Shown here one piece after another: positions 1 through 7,176 of a DNA stretch of 15,433 nt (its first letter is position 1; each line of letters starts with the position of its first letter). Source of the stretch: Candidatus Nanopusillus sp. (GTDB lineage: Archaea; Nanobdellota; Nanobdellia; Nanobdellales; Nanobdellaceae). The stretch is taken from positions 1 to 15,433 of the forward strand of contig DAIUEN010000013.1 in NCBI GenBank assembly GCA_036845085.1. Reading direction: 5' to 3'. Position numbers and translations under genes: made by a program. The notes beneath the pieces are model-generated. The model did not search any database. It saw only the letters and a list, made by a program, of their open reading frames with translations, and had not been told where the DNA came from.

Positions 1-75
1 CTATATCCTTTCTCTTTTATTTTTAAATATAGATCATAATCTATTACTGTTGTTATTTGTTTTTTCTTTCTCAAA

Positions 76-609
76 TTAATATATTAATCTTTCGATTTCT
101 CTTTCCATTAGTTTTTTAGCGAATTCGGAAATATTTGTTCCAATTTTGTTTATTAAGTTTCTTAAAGTATATAATCTTTCCTTATCTTTTGTATATATAG
201 CATCTAAAACAGCATGTAATATATATTCTACAGTTTTCATATATTCTTCATATTTAGATATTTCCCCCTGTAGCAATTCTGGTATATATTTTTCTATTCT
301 ACTTATATTAACTAGTGGAATATATATTTTGTCGTAATATGAATGTAAGAGATCTAAGCAAGTTGATGCCGAATATTTATCTAATTCTAACATATCATTT
401 ATTCTTTGTGTGGATAAATATATTTTAATAAGTAAATCGATATTATTGTTAAAATATCCATCTAAAGTAAATTTACTAAGCATTTTAGTAACTTCTAGGT
501 ATGTCTTTTGAATATCTCTATTATCTACTATATATACTTCTAAATCTTCTATTTCTCTTCGAATCATGTCGAAAAGTTTATTAACTTTTTCATCTAAAGA
601 CCTTTCCAT
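76..609 (-). CDS. hypothetical protein, predicted all-helical, no recognisable motif
   Basis: 177-aa ATG-initiated ORF with the same K/E/I/L/Y-rich composition as its neighbours. An A/T-rich TATA-like stretch (about 630-642) lies ~27 nt upstream of the start on the minus strand. The opposite-strand ORF 146..337 looks like a shadow. Confidence 0.55.
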   Translation of the reverse strand: MERSLDEKVNKLFDMIRREIEDLEVYIVDNRDIQKTYLEVTKMLSKFTLDGYFNNNIDLLIKIYLSTQRINDMLELDKYSASTCLDLLHSYYDKIYIPLVNISRIEKYIPELLQGEISKYEEYMKTVEYILHAVLDAIYTKDKERLYTLRNLINKIGTNISEFAKKLMEREIERLIY

Positions 610-649
610 AACATTTTAAATATTAGAAATATTTAAAAAATGATTTTAT

Positions 650-1687
650 TTATACATTCGGTTCTACAGATCTTATTGTAGGATCTATATCCATACCTTT
701 TCTTCTGTTTTTTATTAGAACTATTCTAGATTTTACATCTTCATCAAATATTTCATATCCATCCAACATCTCTGCCAGGTTTTCAGAAAATCTCTTTACA
801 TCTTCCATAGTAGGTACATTTTCTATATTTAATTTAATCCTAGAATATCCTAAAAGAGAATATGATTTTACTTCTATGAAGTGTGGGTTATATAATTCTA
901 TTAAATCAACCCACTCATCTATATATTTTAGATCATCGTTTAAACCTTTTATTAATGTTATTCTAGCTACTCTTCTAGTCTTAACTTTAGATCCAATTTC
1001 TAAAGATTTTAAGTATCTTTCCCAATAATCTTTATATAAAGGAACAGATATCTTTTTATACATCTCTGCATTTGCACCTGTAAAAGAAATATATAATTGA
1101 GTAGGGTATGCATTTAGTTTTATGATTTTTTCTAAAGCTTCTGGAACTTGACCAGATGTAACAACAAATATAGATTTAACCCATGGCCAATTTTTCTTTA
1201 TATAAAGAATAGATTCTGCTACATAAGGATATAGTAATGGTTCTCCAGATAGGGAAAAAGTTATATGTGTTGGTTTGTCTATAAATTTATTTAGTTTTTC
1301 TTTATTAGCTTTAGGATTTCCGTAATATCCTATTAGTAGTTTTTTCCTCATTTTCCTCAATTCTTCTAATGTTACTTCTGGAGGATCTACCGCTCCTTCT
1401 GGCAACATATTATAGTAAGGTTCAAATTCTAAATTTGGTCTCCAGCAAAATACACATCTATTTGGACACCAAACAACAGCTTGTGTTATTTGCATACATC
1501 CAGCGCTATCTATTTTATAGAATTTATGTTTATAACATGGTCTGTTATTTATAATTGATTCTCTAGTCCAATGACATATTTGTACTGCAGAATGATTAAA
1601 AATTCCGTATCTAGCCTTTTTTAATTGATCTTCGATTTTTTTATCATGTATCTTCCATATTTCCTGGTTTTTTTCTAGATATTGCAT
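650..1687 (-). CDS. taw1: tRNA 4-demethylwyosine synthase (radical SAM, Taw1/TYW1 family)
   Basis: 345 aa. It has the radical-SAM CxxxCxxC motif in the TYW1 context 'VVWCPNRCVFCWRP', plus upstream Cys residues for the second cluster ('VQICHWT', 'RPCYKHKFYKIDSAGCMQIT'). Length is typical of archaeal Taw1. Confidence 0.88.
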   Translation of the reverse strand: MQYLEKNQEIWKIHDKKIEDQLKKARYGIFNHSAVQICHWTRESIINNRPCYKHKFYKIDSAGCMQITQAVVWCPNRCVFCWRPNLEFEPYYNMLPEGAVDPPEVTLEELRKMRKKLLIGYYGNPKANKEKLNKFIDKPTHITFSLSGEPLLYPYVAESILYIKKNWPWVKSIFVVTSGQVPEALEKIIKLNAYPTQLYISFTGANAEMYKKISVPLYKDYWERYLKSLEIGSKVKTRRVARITLIKGLNDDLKYIDEWVDLIELYNPHFIEVKSYSLLGYSRIKLNIENVPTMEDVKRFSENLAEMLDGYEIFDEDVKSRIVLIKNRRKGMDIDPTIRSVEPNV

Positions 1688-1774
1688 TGTTATATTATTA
1701 TAAAAAATTTTATTAATTTTTTATATTATCAGAGAACTCGGCATTCATCATCTGTTCAGATGAGAAGGCTTTCT

Positions 1775-2155
1775 TCATAAGAATATAATTCTTTCTATGT
1801 TATATTTTTTAAAATATTTTAATAAAATTTTTTCTAAATCTTCTTTTGACATATCTTTACCACTACACCAAGCAACATCTAGATCTATATATGTACAATC
1901 TTCTTCAGTATATGTACTTATTACTATATGGGATGTAGAGAGTACAGATATAAATGTTAGATCTTTATTTCCATTAAAATCTTCTGGAAATAGAATTGTT
2001 TTTTTGAATAATATTTTACTATTTAAAAACTTAGCCAATTCTTCTGATAAAAAATCATATAACTCACTTTTATTGTATATTTTATCTATTTTTATTATGC
2101 ATAACATTCTTTTAACGTCTTTAATAGACAATTTCCTATAAACATTATTTTCCAT
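1775..2155 (-). CDS. S-adenosylmethionine decarboxylase-like (SpeH/class 1b pyruvoyl enzyme family) protein with a non-canonical processing motif
   Basis: 126 aa, the size of archaeal SpeH. 'VLSTSHIVISTYTEE' aligns with the family motif around the self-cleavage serine (canonical ..ESH.(S/T)IHT(W/F)PE). 'DLDVAWCSGKD' resembles the conserved D.F.CG segment. Confidence 0.55.
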   Translation of the reverse strand: MENNVYRKLSIKDVKRMLCIIKIDKIYNKSELYDFLSEELAKFLNSKILFKKTILFPEDFNGNKDLTFISVLSTSHIVISTYTEEDCTYIDLDVAWCSGKDMSKEDLEKILLKYFKKYNIERIIFL

Positions 2156-2182
2156 CTTTAAAATATTTATAATATCTTTGCT

Positions 2183-2192
2183 TTAAAAAATA
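2183..2192 (+). promoter_or_regulatory. TATA-like box for the tRNA-Gln gene
   Basis: 'tttaaaaaat' is centred ~28 nt upstream of tRNA position 1 (2216). The same 60-bp AT-rich spacer must also carry the promoter of the divergent gene ending at 2155. Confidence 0.4.
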
Positions 2193-2215
2193 TTATATAT
2201 AAAAAGATCATTGAT

Positions 2216-2288
2216 AGCCCCGTCGTCTAGTGGTCTAGGATGTGGGGTTCTGGTCCCCATGACCGGGGTTCGAATCCCCGCGGGGCTA
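2216..2288 (+). tRNA. tRNA-Gln (anticodon CUG), no encoded CCA, no intron
   Basis: Hand-folded cloverleaf: acceptor AGCCCCG/CGGGGCT, D arm GTCT-agtggtcta-GGAT, anticodon stem TGGGG/CCCCA with loop ttCTGgt (U33, purine 37), T arm CGGGG-TTCGAAT-CCCCG, discriminator A. The A1-U72 pair is typical of archaeal tRNA-Gln. It is a GC-rich island in an AT-rich background. Confidence 0.9.
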
Positions 2289-2297
2289 TATAGCAAT

Positions 2298-2310
2298 CTT
2301 AATAAATTTA
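2298..2310 (+). promoter_or_regulatory. TATA-like box for CDS 2329..3177
   Basis: 'cttaataaattta' is centred ~25 nt upstream of the ATG at 2329, consistent with a leaderless transcript. Confidence 0.35.
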
Positions 2311-2328
2311 TCTTTAGTTTTAGTATGA

Positions 2329-3177
2329 ATGAGTAAAAAACTTGAAGAGCTACTTGATAGAGAAGACATAAGATATTTAATAAAAAATGCTAATAAAATA
2401 GAAGATCCGGAAAAATATAGAAGAGAATTTGAGGAGATGTCAAAATTATTAAGGAAAATTGATGCGCCTTTTAAATATATTATAAATAGATTTAGACTAC
2501 CGATTAAAGAGATCTTGAAATATTTAAATTTAGATGATATTTTAGTTAAAAAAGGTTGTTCCTATATTGGAAATCTATTAATTGTAACTAAACTTAAAAT
2601 AGATCATTATGTAAGTAACGTAGTTGATATAGTATGCAATAAAGATACTCTTCATGAGCAAGAAAAAACAGCATTAGAATATATATCCAGATATGATTAC
2701 GAATTTTTACCTTCTACAACATTTGGATTTGTAATAGACAATAAACTAATAATACCAAATTATTATGGAATATATGAATATATATTGTTGCGTCTAAATA
2801 ATAATCTTCCATTGTATATAATTTTAGGCGCTGAAGGAAACATATATATTAAAAAGGGAAAAATATCCGAAACGATATACTTTGAAGATCCAATACTGAT
2901 ATCTCTTTTATATAAATTTTATAGATCTCATGAGAGAGATTGGTATGATCTTAATATGTACGAAGATAAAAATCCTCATGAATTAAAGAGAATAATAGAA
3001 ATGGGAATTAGCGAAAATGATCTAGAAAAGGCTTTAAAATTATTCGATAAGAAAGATTTAGAAAAGATATTATCGAGAATTGAAGAATATATGAAAAGAA
3101 ATCCAAATACTGTATACCAGGGTTTAATTAGTATAGTAGAACGTATAATAGAAAAATTAAAATCTAAATACAAGTAA
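2329..3177 (+). CDS. hypothetical protein
   Basis: 282-aa ORF with a TATA-like box at the leaderless distance. Composition matches its neighbours and I recognise no motif. The antisense ORF 2976..3173 is treated as a shadow. Confidence 0.55.
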   Translation: MSKKLEELLDREDIRYLIKNANKIEDPEKYRREFEEMSKLLRKIDAPFKYIINRFRLPIKEILKYLNLDDILVKKGCSYIGNLLIVTKLKIDHYVSNVVDIVCNKDTLHEQEKTALEYISRYDYEFLPSTTFGFVIDNKLIIPNYYGIYEYILLRLNNNLPLYIILGAEGNIYIKKGKISETIYFEDPILISLLYKFYRSHERDWYDLNMYEDKNPHELKRIIEMGISENDLEKALKLFDKKDLEKILSRIEEYMKRNPNTVYQGLISIVERIIEKLKSKYK

Positions 3178-3200
3178 ATATCTTTAACCTATTTAATTAA

Positions 3201-3213
3201 ATTTTTAAAAATT
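3201..3213 (+). promoter_or_regulatory. TATA-like box for the HTH regulator / ACD transcription unit
   Basis: 'atttttaaaaatt' is centred ~28 nt upstream of the ATG at 3235. Confidence 0.35.
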
Positions 3214-3234
3214 GAATATAACTATGTTATAAAT

Positions 3235-3570
3235 ATGGGTATAAGATGTGAAGAATTTGCTTTAAAATATCTTCCTATGATAAGGAGGGAATTAGTAAAT
3301 ATACTATATGAAAAATACAATATGTCTCAATCTTTAATTGCTAAAAAACTATTAATAACTCAAGCTTCAGTATCTCAATATTTAAATGGAGTTAGAAGAA
3401 GAAATAAAATAGAATTTTCTGAAGAAGAAAAAAATATAATAATGACAATAGCTGAAGAATTAACAAGGAGAGATGTTGTTTTATCTGATTTAATGATATA
3501 CATATGTAAGATTTGTGATATGAGAAATAAAGGAATATCATGTCATATTTATAACGGTAAAAATATATAG
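3235..3570 (+). CDS. small helix-turn-helix transcriptional regulator (COG2522-like) with a C-terminal Cys/His cluster
   Basis: 111 aa. 'MSQSLIAKKLLITQASVSQYLNGVRR' is a classic HTH recognition segment of the small archaeal regulator family. The C-terminus 'CKICDMRNKGISCH' (CxxC-x8-CxH) suggests metal binding. Confidence 0.7.
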   Translation: MGIRCEEFALKYLPMIRRELVNILYEKYNMSQSLIAKKLLITQASVSQYLNGVRRRNKIEFSEEEKNIIMTIAEELTRRDVVLSDLMIYICKICDMRNKGISCHIYNGKNI

Positions 3571-3577
3571 GATTTTT

Positions 3578-4453
3578 ATGGGTATTTTTGATGTAAAATC
3601 TGTTGCTGTAGTTGGTGTATCCAATAATGAAAAAAAAGCAGGTAATATAATTTTTAGAAATTTAATAAAAAGATTTAACGGAGAAGTATTTCCTGTTAAT
3701 CCAAAATATGAAACTATATTAGGTATTAGATGTTATAAATCTTTAGAAGAAATAGAAAAAGATATAGATGCAGTTATTATTTCTATACCGGCTGAAGGTG
3801 TTCCAGAAGTAGTAAAACAAGCAGTTAATAAAAGAGCAAAGTTGGTTATAATAATTTCTTCTGGTTTTTCAGAAGTGGGAAGAAAAGATCTTGAAGAAGA
3901 AATACTAAAATATATAAAAAATAGTAACACTAGAGTATTAGGTCCTAATGGTTTAGGAATTTATGATCCATATACTGGATTAGACTCTTTTTTTATAGAA
4001 GATAATAGAATAAAGAGACCTAAAAAAGGTAATATTGCATTATTATCACAATCTGGAGCATTAGCAATGGCTTTTATGGAATGGTTATCTGAAAAAGATA
4101 TCGGAGTGTCTAAAATAATTTCTTACGGTAACAAAATAGATTTAGATGAAGTAGATTTAATCAAAGAACTTAATGAAGACTCGAACACGAAAGCAATATT
4201 TATTTACATGGAAGGATTAAGAGAAAATCGCGGGAGAGAATTTTTAGAATTATGTAACAAAATAAATAAACCTATAGTAGTTTTAAAAGCAGGTAAAAGT
4301 AAGAGGGGTGCTATAGCAGTTAGTTCACACACAGCGGCAATGGCTGGAGATTATGAAATATATTCTAATTTATTTAAACAATTCAATATAATTGAGGCTA
4401 AAAATATGCATGACTTTATGACATATCTTAAAACTTTGGCGATATACTTATAA
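3578..4453 (+). CDS. acdA: ADP-forming acetyl-CoA synthetase (NDP-forming acyl-CoA synthetase) alpha subunit, N-terminal part (CoA-binding and phosphohistidine domains)
   Basis: 'KSVAVVGVS', 'FPVNPKY' and 'VIISIPAEGVPEVV' mark the CoA-binding domain. 'LLSQSGALA' and the phosphohistidine loop 'AVSSHTAAMAGD' follow. The ORF ends at TAA 4451-4453, where full-length alpha subunits continue. Confidence 0.85.
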   Translation: MGIFDVKSVAVVGVSNNEKKAGNIIFRNLIKRFNGEVFPVNPKYETILGIRCYKSLEEIEKDIDAVIISIPAEGVPEVVKQAVNKRAKLVIIISSGFSEVGRKDLEEEILKYIKNSNTRVLGPNGLGIYDPYTGLDSFFIEDNRIKRPKKGNIALLSQSGALAMAFMEWLSEKDIGVSKIISYGNKIDLDEVDLIKELNEDSNTKAIFIYMEGLRENRGREFLELCNKINKPIVVLKAGKSKRGAIAVSSHTAAMAGDYEIYSNLFKQFNIIEAKNMHDFMTYLKTLAIYL

Positions 4454-4480
4454 TATCATAAACTGTAAATCAATATTATC

Positions 4481-4951
4481 ATGGTAGTTTATATCTATAC
4501 TAATGGGGGTGGAGAAGGAGTTTTAGCTACAGATTCATTAGAATTATTAAATATAGAAATTGAAGAAACTCCGGAGCATATAAAAGAGAAACTAAAACAA
4601 ATCTTACCATCTTTTGCATCTTTGAAGAATCCTATAGATGTTACAGCTCAAGCTAGCGAAGATCAATATCTTAGGGGTTTAGAAATAATAATTAATGATC
4701 CTAATACTGAAGGAGTTTTAGCTATACTTTTACCTCAATTATCATTATTTACAATTAATTTTCCTGAAAGATTTTCTAAAATGTTTTATAAGCAAAAGCC
4801 AGTAGTATTTGTGGTTTATGGTGGTGGTTTTACAGAAATTATTAAAAGAGAGTTAGAAAAATATGTACCAGTATTTGATTATCCTGACGAGGGGGCTAAA
4901 GCTTTAAAATTGTTGATAGATCTTAAGAAAAGTAAAAAATTATTTATCTAA
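4481..4951 (+). CDS. acdA: ADP-forming acetyl-CoA synthetase alpha subunit, C-terminal part (domain 5), as a separate ORF in the same frame
   Basis: 'VVYIYTNGGGEGVLATD' and 'LKNPIDVTAQA' match the conserved ..ITNaGGpGVLa.D and NP.D motifs of the alpha C-terminal domain. It shares the reading frame of 3578..4453 and is separated from it only by TAA-YHKL-TAA-INII. Confidence 0.75.
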   Translation: MVVYIYTNGGGEGVLATDSLELLNIEIEETPEHIKEKLKQILPSFASLKNPIDVTAQASEDQYLRGLEIIINDPNTEGVLAILLPQLSLFTINFPERFSKMFYKQKPVVFVVYGGGFTEIIKRELEKYVPVFDYPDEGAKALKLLIDLKKSKKLFI

Positions 4952-6239
4952 TTTTTCCTAATTTTGACAACGAAATATATACAGGACAGCTTTCTTTTCC
5001 TAGTTCATAACATTCTCCTTTAGTAATACAACTTGGCCCCATAACTTTACCATATATCTTTTGAAGATATTTAGCTACTGCTTCAAAGAAAATTCTTGTC
5101 TCTAATTGTGCTCTATGGCATGTTCTCTGTTCTATAATATATTCTATAGCTTGTTGTGGTATTAACATAGCTATCGGTATGTAAGTTCCCAATGGTATAT
5201 GATTTAGTTTTTCTATTATTTTTTCTTCTTTTTCTATAGCATGTTTAGAATATTCAACTACACGCTCAAATATATTTCTTATATCTTCTCTATTTTTTAT
5301 ATATGCTCCATAATATATACCTTTATATTCTAGAAATTGAGGCCAGGTCTTTGGAGGTAGAAGATATGGCATTATTTGTCTATGTCTTATGATTTGTCTT
5401 ATAATTGCTATTGGAAGTTCGCTTGTTATTAATATAGTGTCTAATGTATTATTTACACTAATATAAGTATTACTAGAATAATTTAAATCTAACTTAGTTC
5501 CGTATAATTCATTATATCCAAATTTTTCCATTAATTTTTTTTCATTAAACGATAAAGTTAGTGGTTTTTCTTTTTTAACTGGCTTTATTCCTAAATTTTC
5601 TTCTACAAATTTCTCTATTATTTCGCCCATTTCTACTAGATTTTCATTTTCTATTAATTTACTAACTTCTTTTAGATAATTAGCAAATTTAAAATAATCT
5701 CTGAATGGAGGAAACTGTAATATTACCCATGTCTCAGTTCCTAGAGGTAATATAAATCTAGCGGCTTCCTTAGGAATACCCTTTTCTATAGCATATTTAT
5801 AAGCTTCGAAATATGGAGCATATTTGTCTTCATAACCTAAATCACTTTTTAGTTCCGGAGGTTTTGAATATCTTAAAGAAAACTCTGTGCCCACACCATA
5901 TATTCCGAATCCAGGTCTTATGCCAAGCCACATTAAGAAAGATATAGAAATAGGAACTTCAATTAACATAAAATAATTCCCTGTTTCAATCATGTCTGGA
6001 TGATGCACTTCCATAAAAAGTTCAAATCTTCTATTAATTTCTTCTGGGTTTTTGTTTGCATAATCTATCAAATCTTCTAATCTTGACATAGAGATCTTTT
6101 TAGGTCCTCCAGTAGAGATTAAAGCTCTTAGGCCAATTATTTCTTTTGTTTCCCCTTTGGCAAATAAGATTTTATAATTTCCTATTTTTTGACTTTCTAA
6201 GATGCTAATAACCATTTTATATTGTTTTACTAAAATCAT
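4944..6239 (-). CDS. thyX: ThyX-like (FAD-dependent thymidylate synthase family) protein with two tandem ThyX-like domains
   Basis: 431 aa, about twice a normal ThyX. The first half has 'FSLRYSK' (S-x-RY) and 'KEAARFILPLGTET' (E.AR..LP). The second half has 'IIRQIIRHRQ' (the RHR motif), 'IPLGTY' and 'RTCHRAQLETR' (R....AQ.E.R). The C-terminus has C-x5-C-x7-C. Confidence 0.65.
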   Translation of the reverse strand: MILVKQYKMVISILESQKIGNYKILFAKGETKEIIGLRALISTGGPKKISMSRLEDLIDYANKNPEEINRRFELFMEVHHPDMIETGNYFMLIEVPISISFLMWLGIRPGFGIYGVGTEFSLRYSKPPELKSDLGYEDKYAPYFEAYKYAIEKGIPKEAARFILPLGTETWVILQFPPFRDYFKFANYLKEVSKLIENENLVEMGEIIEKFVEENLGIKPVKKEKPLTLSFNEKKLMEKFGYNELYGTKLDLNYSSNTYISVNNTLDTILITSELPIAIIRQIIRHRQIMPYLLPPKTWPQFLEYKGIYYGAYIKNREDIRNIFERVVEYSKHAIEKEEKIIEKLNHIPLGTYIPIAMLIPQQAIEYIIEQRTCHRAQLETRIFFEAVAKYLQKIYGKVMGPSCITKGECYELGKESCPVYISLSKLGKIR

Positions 6240-6324
6240 AAAAGATAACTTTTAATGTAACAAAGCATATTTTAGTACTATATATTTAAAAAATTTACTT
6301 TTATGTAGTTATCATTTTAGAAAA

Positions 6325-6337
6325 TTTTTTAAATATT
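6325..6337 (+). promoter_or_regulatory. TATA-like box for CDS 6356..7069
   Basis: 'ttttttaaatatt' is centred ~25 nt upstream of the ATG at 6356, within the 116-bp divergent intergenic region 6240-6355. Confidence 0.35.
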
Positions 6338-6355
6338 ATCTAATTTTCATATTTT

Positions 6356-7069
6356 ATGGTACAAAAGGTAGAAGAAATAATACGTCTGGTAGATCTTGCT
6401 AGAAAAGAAAAAGAGAAACTAGAAGAATTGATAAGATTGAAAAATATAATGTGGACGAAGAAAAAAAATATTTTAGAAAAAGTTAGAACAGTTAGAATAG
6501 AAAAGTTAGAAAATATAATCTATAATTATTATAGAGAATTTATTATTAGTGAATTAAAGAAGTACTTACCAGAATCAAACGAACTGATTAATTTTATGAA
6601 AGAATATTTATCTTTTTATAGTAATCTATATAAACATAAATTTTGTAGAGAATTAGATAAATTAATATCAAAATATAATAATAATAACTTAGAAGATATA
6701 ATTAACAGTAAGAAGTTTGAGATATTATCGAAATATATACTAAATGACTTAACTAAAATTATTACACATCAGCTTTTAGATATTTATGAAATATCAAAAG
6801 GTTGTAGACGCTTTAATGATAAATGTCTAAAAATACAAGAAATTATATCAAAAAATTACAAAGAAATATATGACATCAAAAACGATTATAAATCATTTGT
6901 AAATGGACTTTATAAGTATATAAACTACTATATAAATACTCTTAACAAATTTGTTTGGTATACTAAAGAGCTAAATGACGTACTAAGTAATAATGACTTT
7001 AAAAAAATATCAGAGTTATCAAAAAATGTAGAATTTTTAGAAATTTTGCATGCTCTTAATAGTTATTAA
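6356..7069 (+). CDS. hypothetical protein, helical or coiled-coil-like
   Basis: 237-aa ORF with an N-terminal K/E/L heptad-like segment ('ARKEKEKLEELIRLKN'). It has a TATA box at the leaderless distance and is followed by T-tracts. Confidence 0.5.
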   Translation: MVQKVEEIIRLVDLARKEKEKLEELIRLKNIMWTKKKNILEKVRTVRIEKLENIIYNYYREFIISELKKYLPESNELINFMKEYLSFYSNLYKHKFCRELDKLISKYNNNNLEDIINSKKFEILSKYILNDLTKIITHQLLDIYEISKGCRRFNDKCLKIQEIISKNYKEIYDIKNDYKSFVNGLYKYINYYINTLNKFVWYTKELNDVLSNNDFKKISELSKNVEFLEILHALNSY

Positions 7070-7078
7070 TATTTCTAA

Positions 7079-7089
7079 TTTTTATTTTT
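7079..7089 (+). terminator. oligo-T tract (TTTTTATTTTT), archaeal-type terminator candidate
   Basis: Two T5 runs lie 10-20 nt downstream of the stop codon at 7067-7069. Archaeal RNAP terminates at oligo-T. Confidence 0.35.
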
Positions 7090-7127
7090 GGTAATTAATA
7101 TTAATGAAATTTAAATATATATAAAGG

Positions 7128-7176
7128 GTCTTGTTAATATGTGTCGGATAACGGCAATTATCCGACTCTACAAGAC
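7128..7176. other. GC-rich nested inverted repeat: candidate small structured RNA or palindromic operator
   Basis: The outer arms GTCTTGT (7128-7134) and ACAAGAC (7170-7176) enclose the inner arms GTCGGATAA (7143-7151) and TTATCCGAC (7158-7166), with a 6-nt loop cggcaa. All pairings are perfect. The repeat directly follows 'tttaaatatatataaa' and is followed by 'cattttc'. Confidence 0.4.

Noticed and set aside
146-337. Short opposite-strand ORFs nested inside longer genes: 146..337+, 1369..1554+, 1797..2141+, 2976..3173-, 3733..3930-, 12203..12397-, 12826..13080-
   Set aside because: Each lies wholly inside a longer ORF with recognisable motifs or gene-like composition. Their translations are low-complexity (F/I/L/S/Y-rich), as expected from antisense AT-rich coding DNA.
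1748-1763. The palindrome TCATCTG-tt-CAGATGA between the AdoMetDC-like stop and the taw1 start, a possible hairpin terminator
   Set aside because: The loop is too tight, so the effective stem is only ~5-6 bp. Archaeal termination relies mainly on oligo-T tracts, so the evidence is too weak to annotate.
4451-4468. Recoding or read-through of the two stops in the ACD gene (Sec/Pyl-like)
   Set aside because: Both stops are TAA, for which no archaeal recoding system is known, and no downstream SECIS- or PYLIS-like structure was noticed. A split gene or a pseudogene is more parsimonious.
7128-7176. Interpretation of the GC-rich hairpin as a split-tRNA half or an intron-bearing tRNA
   Set aside because: There is no T-arm (GTTCRAATC) or D-arm (GG) signature, and no acceptor-like pairing with a discriminator. 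Only the generic hairpin is supported.
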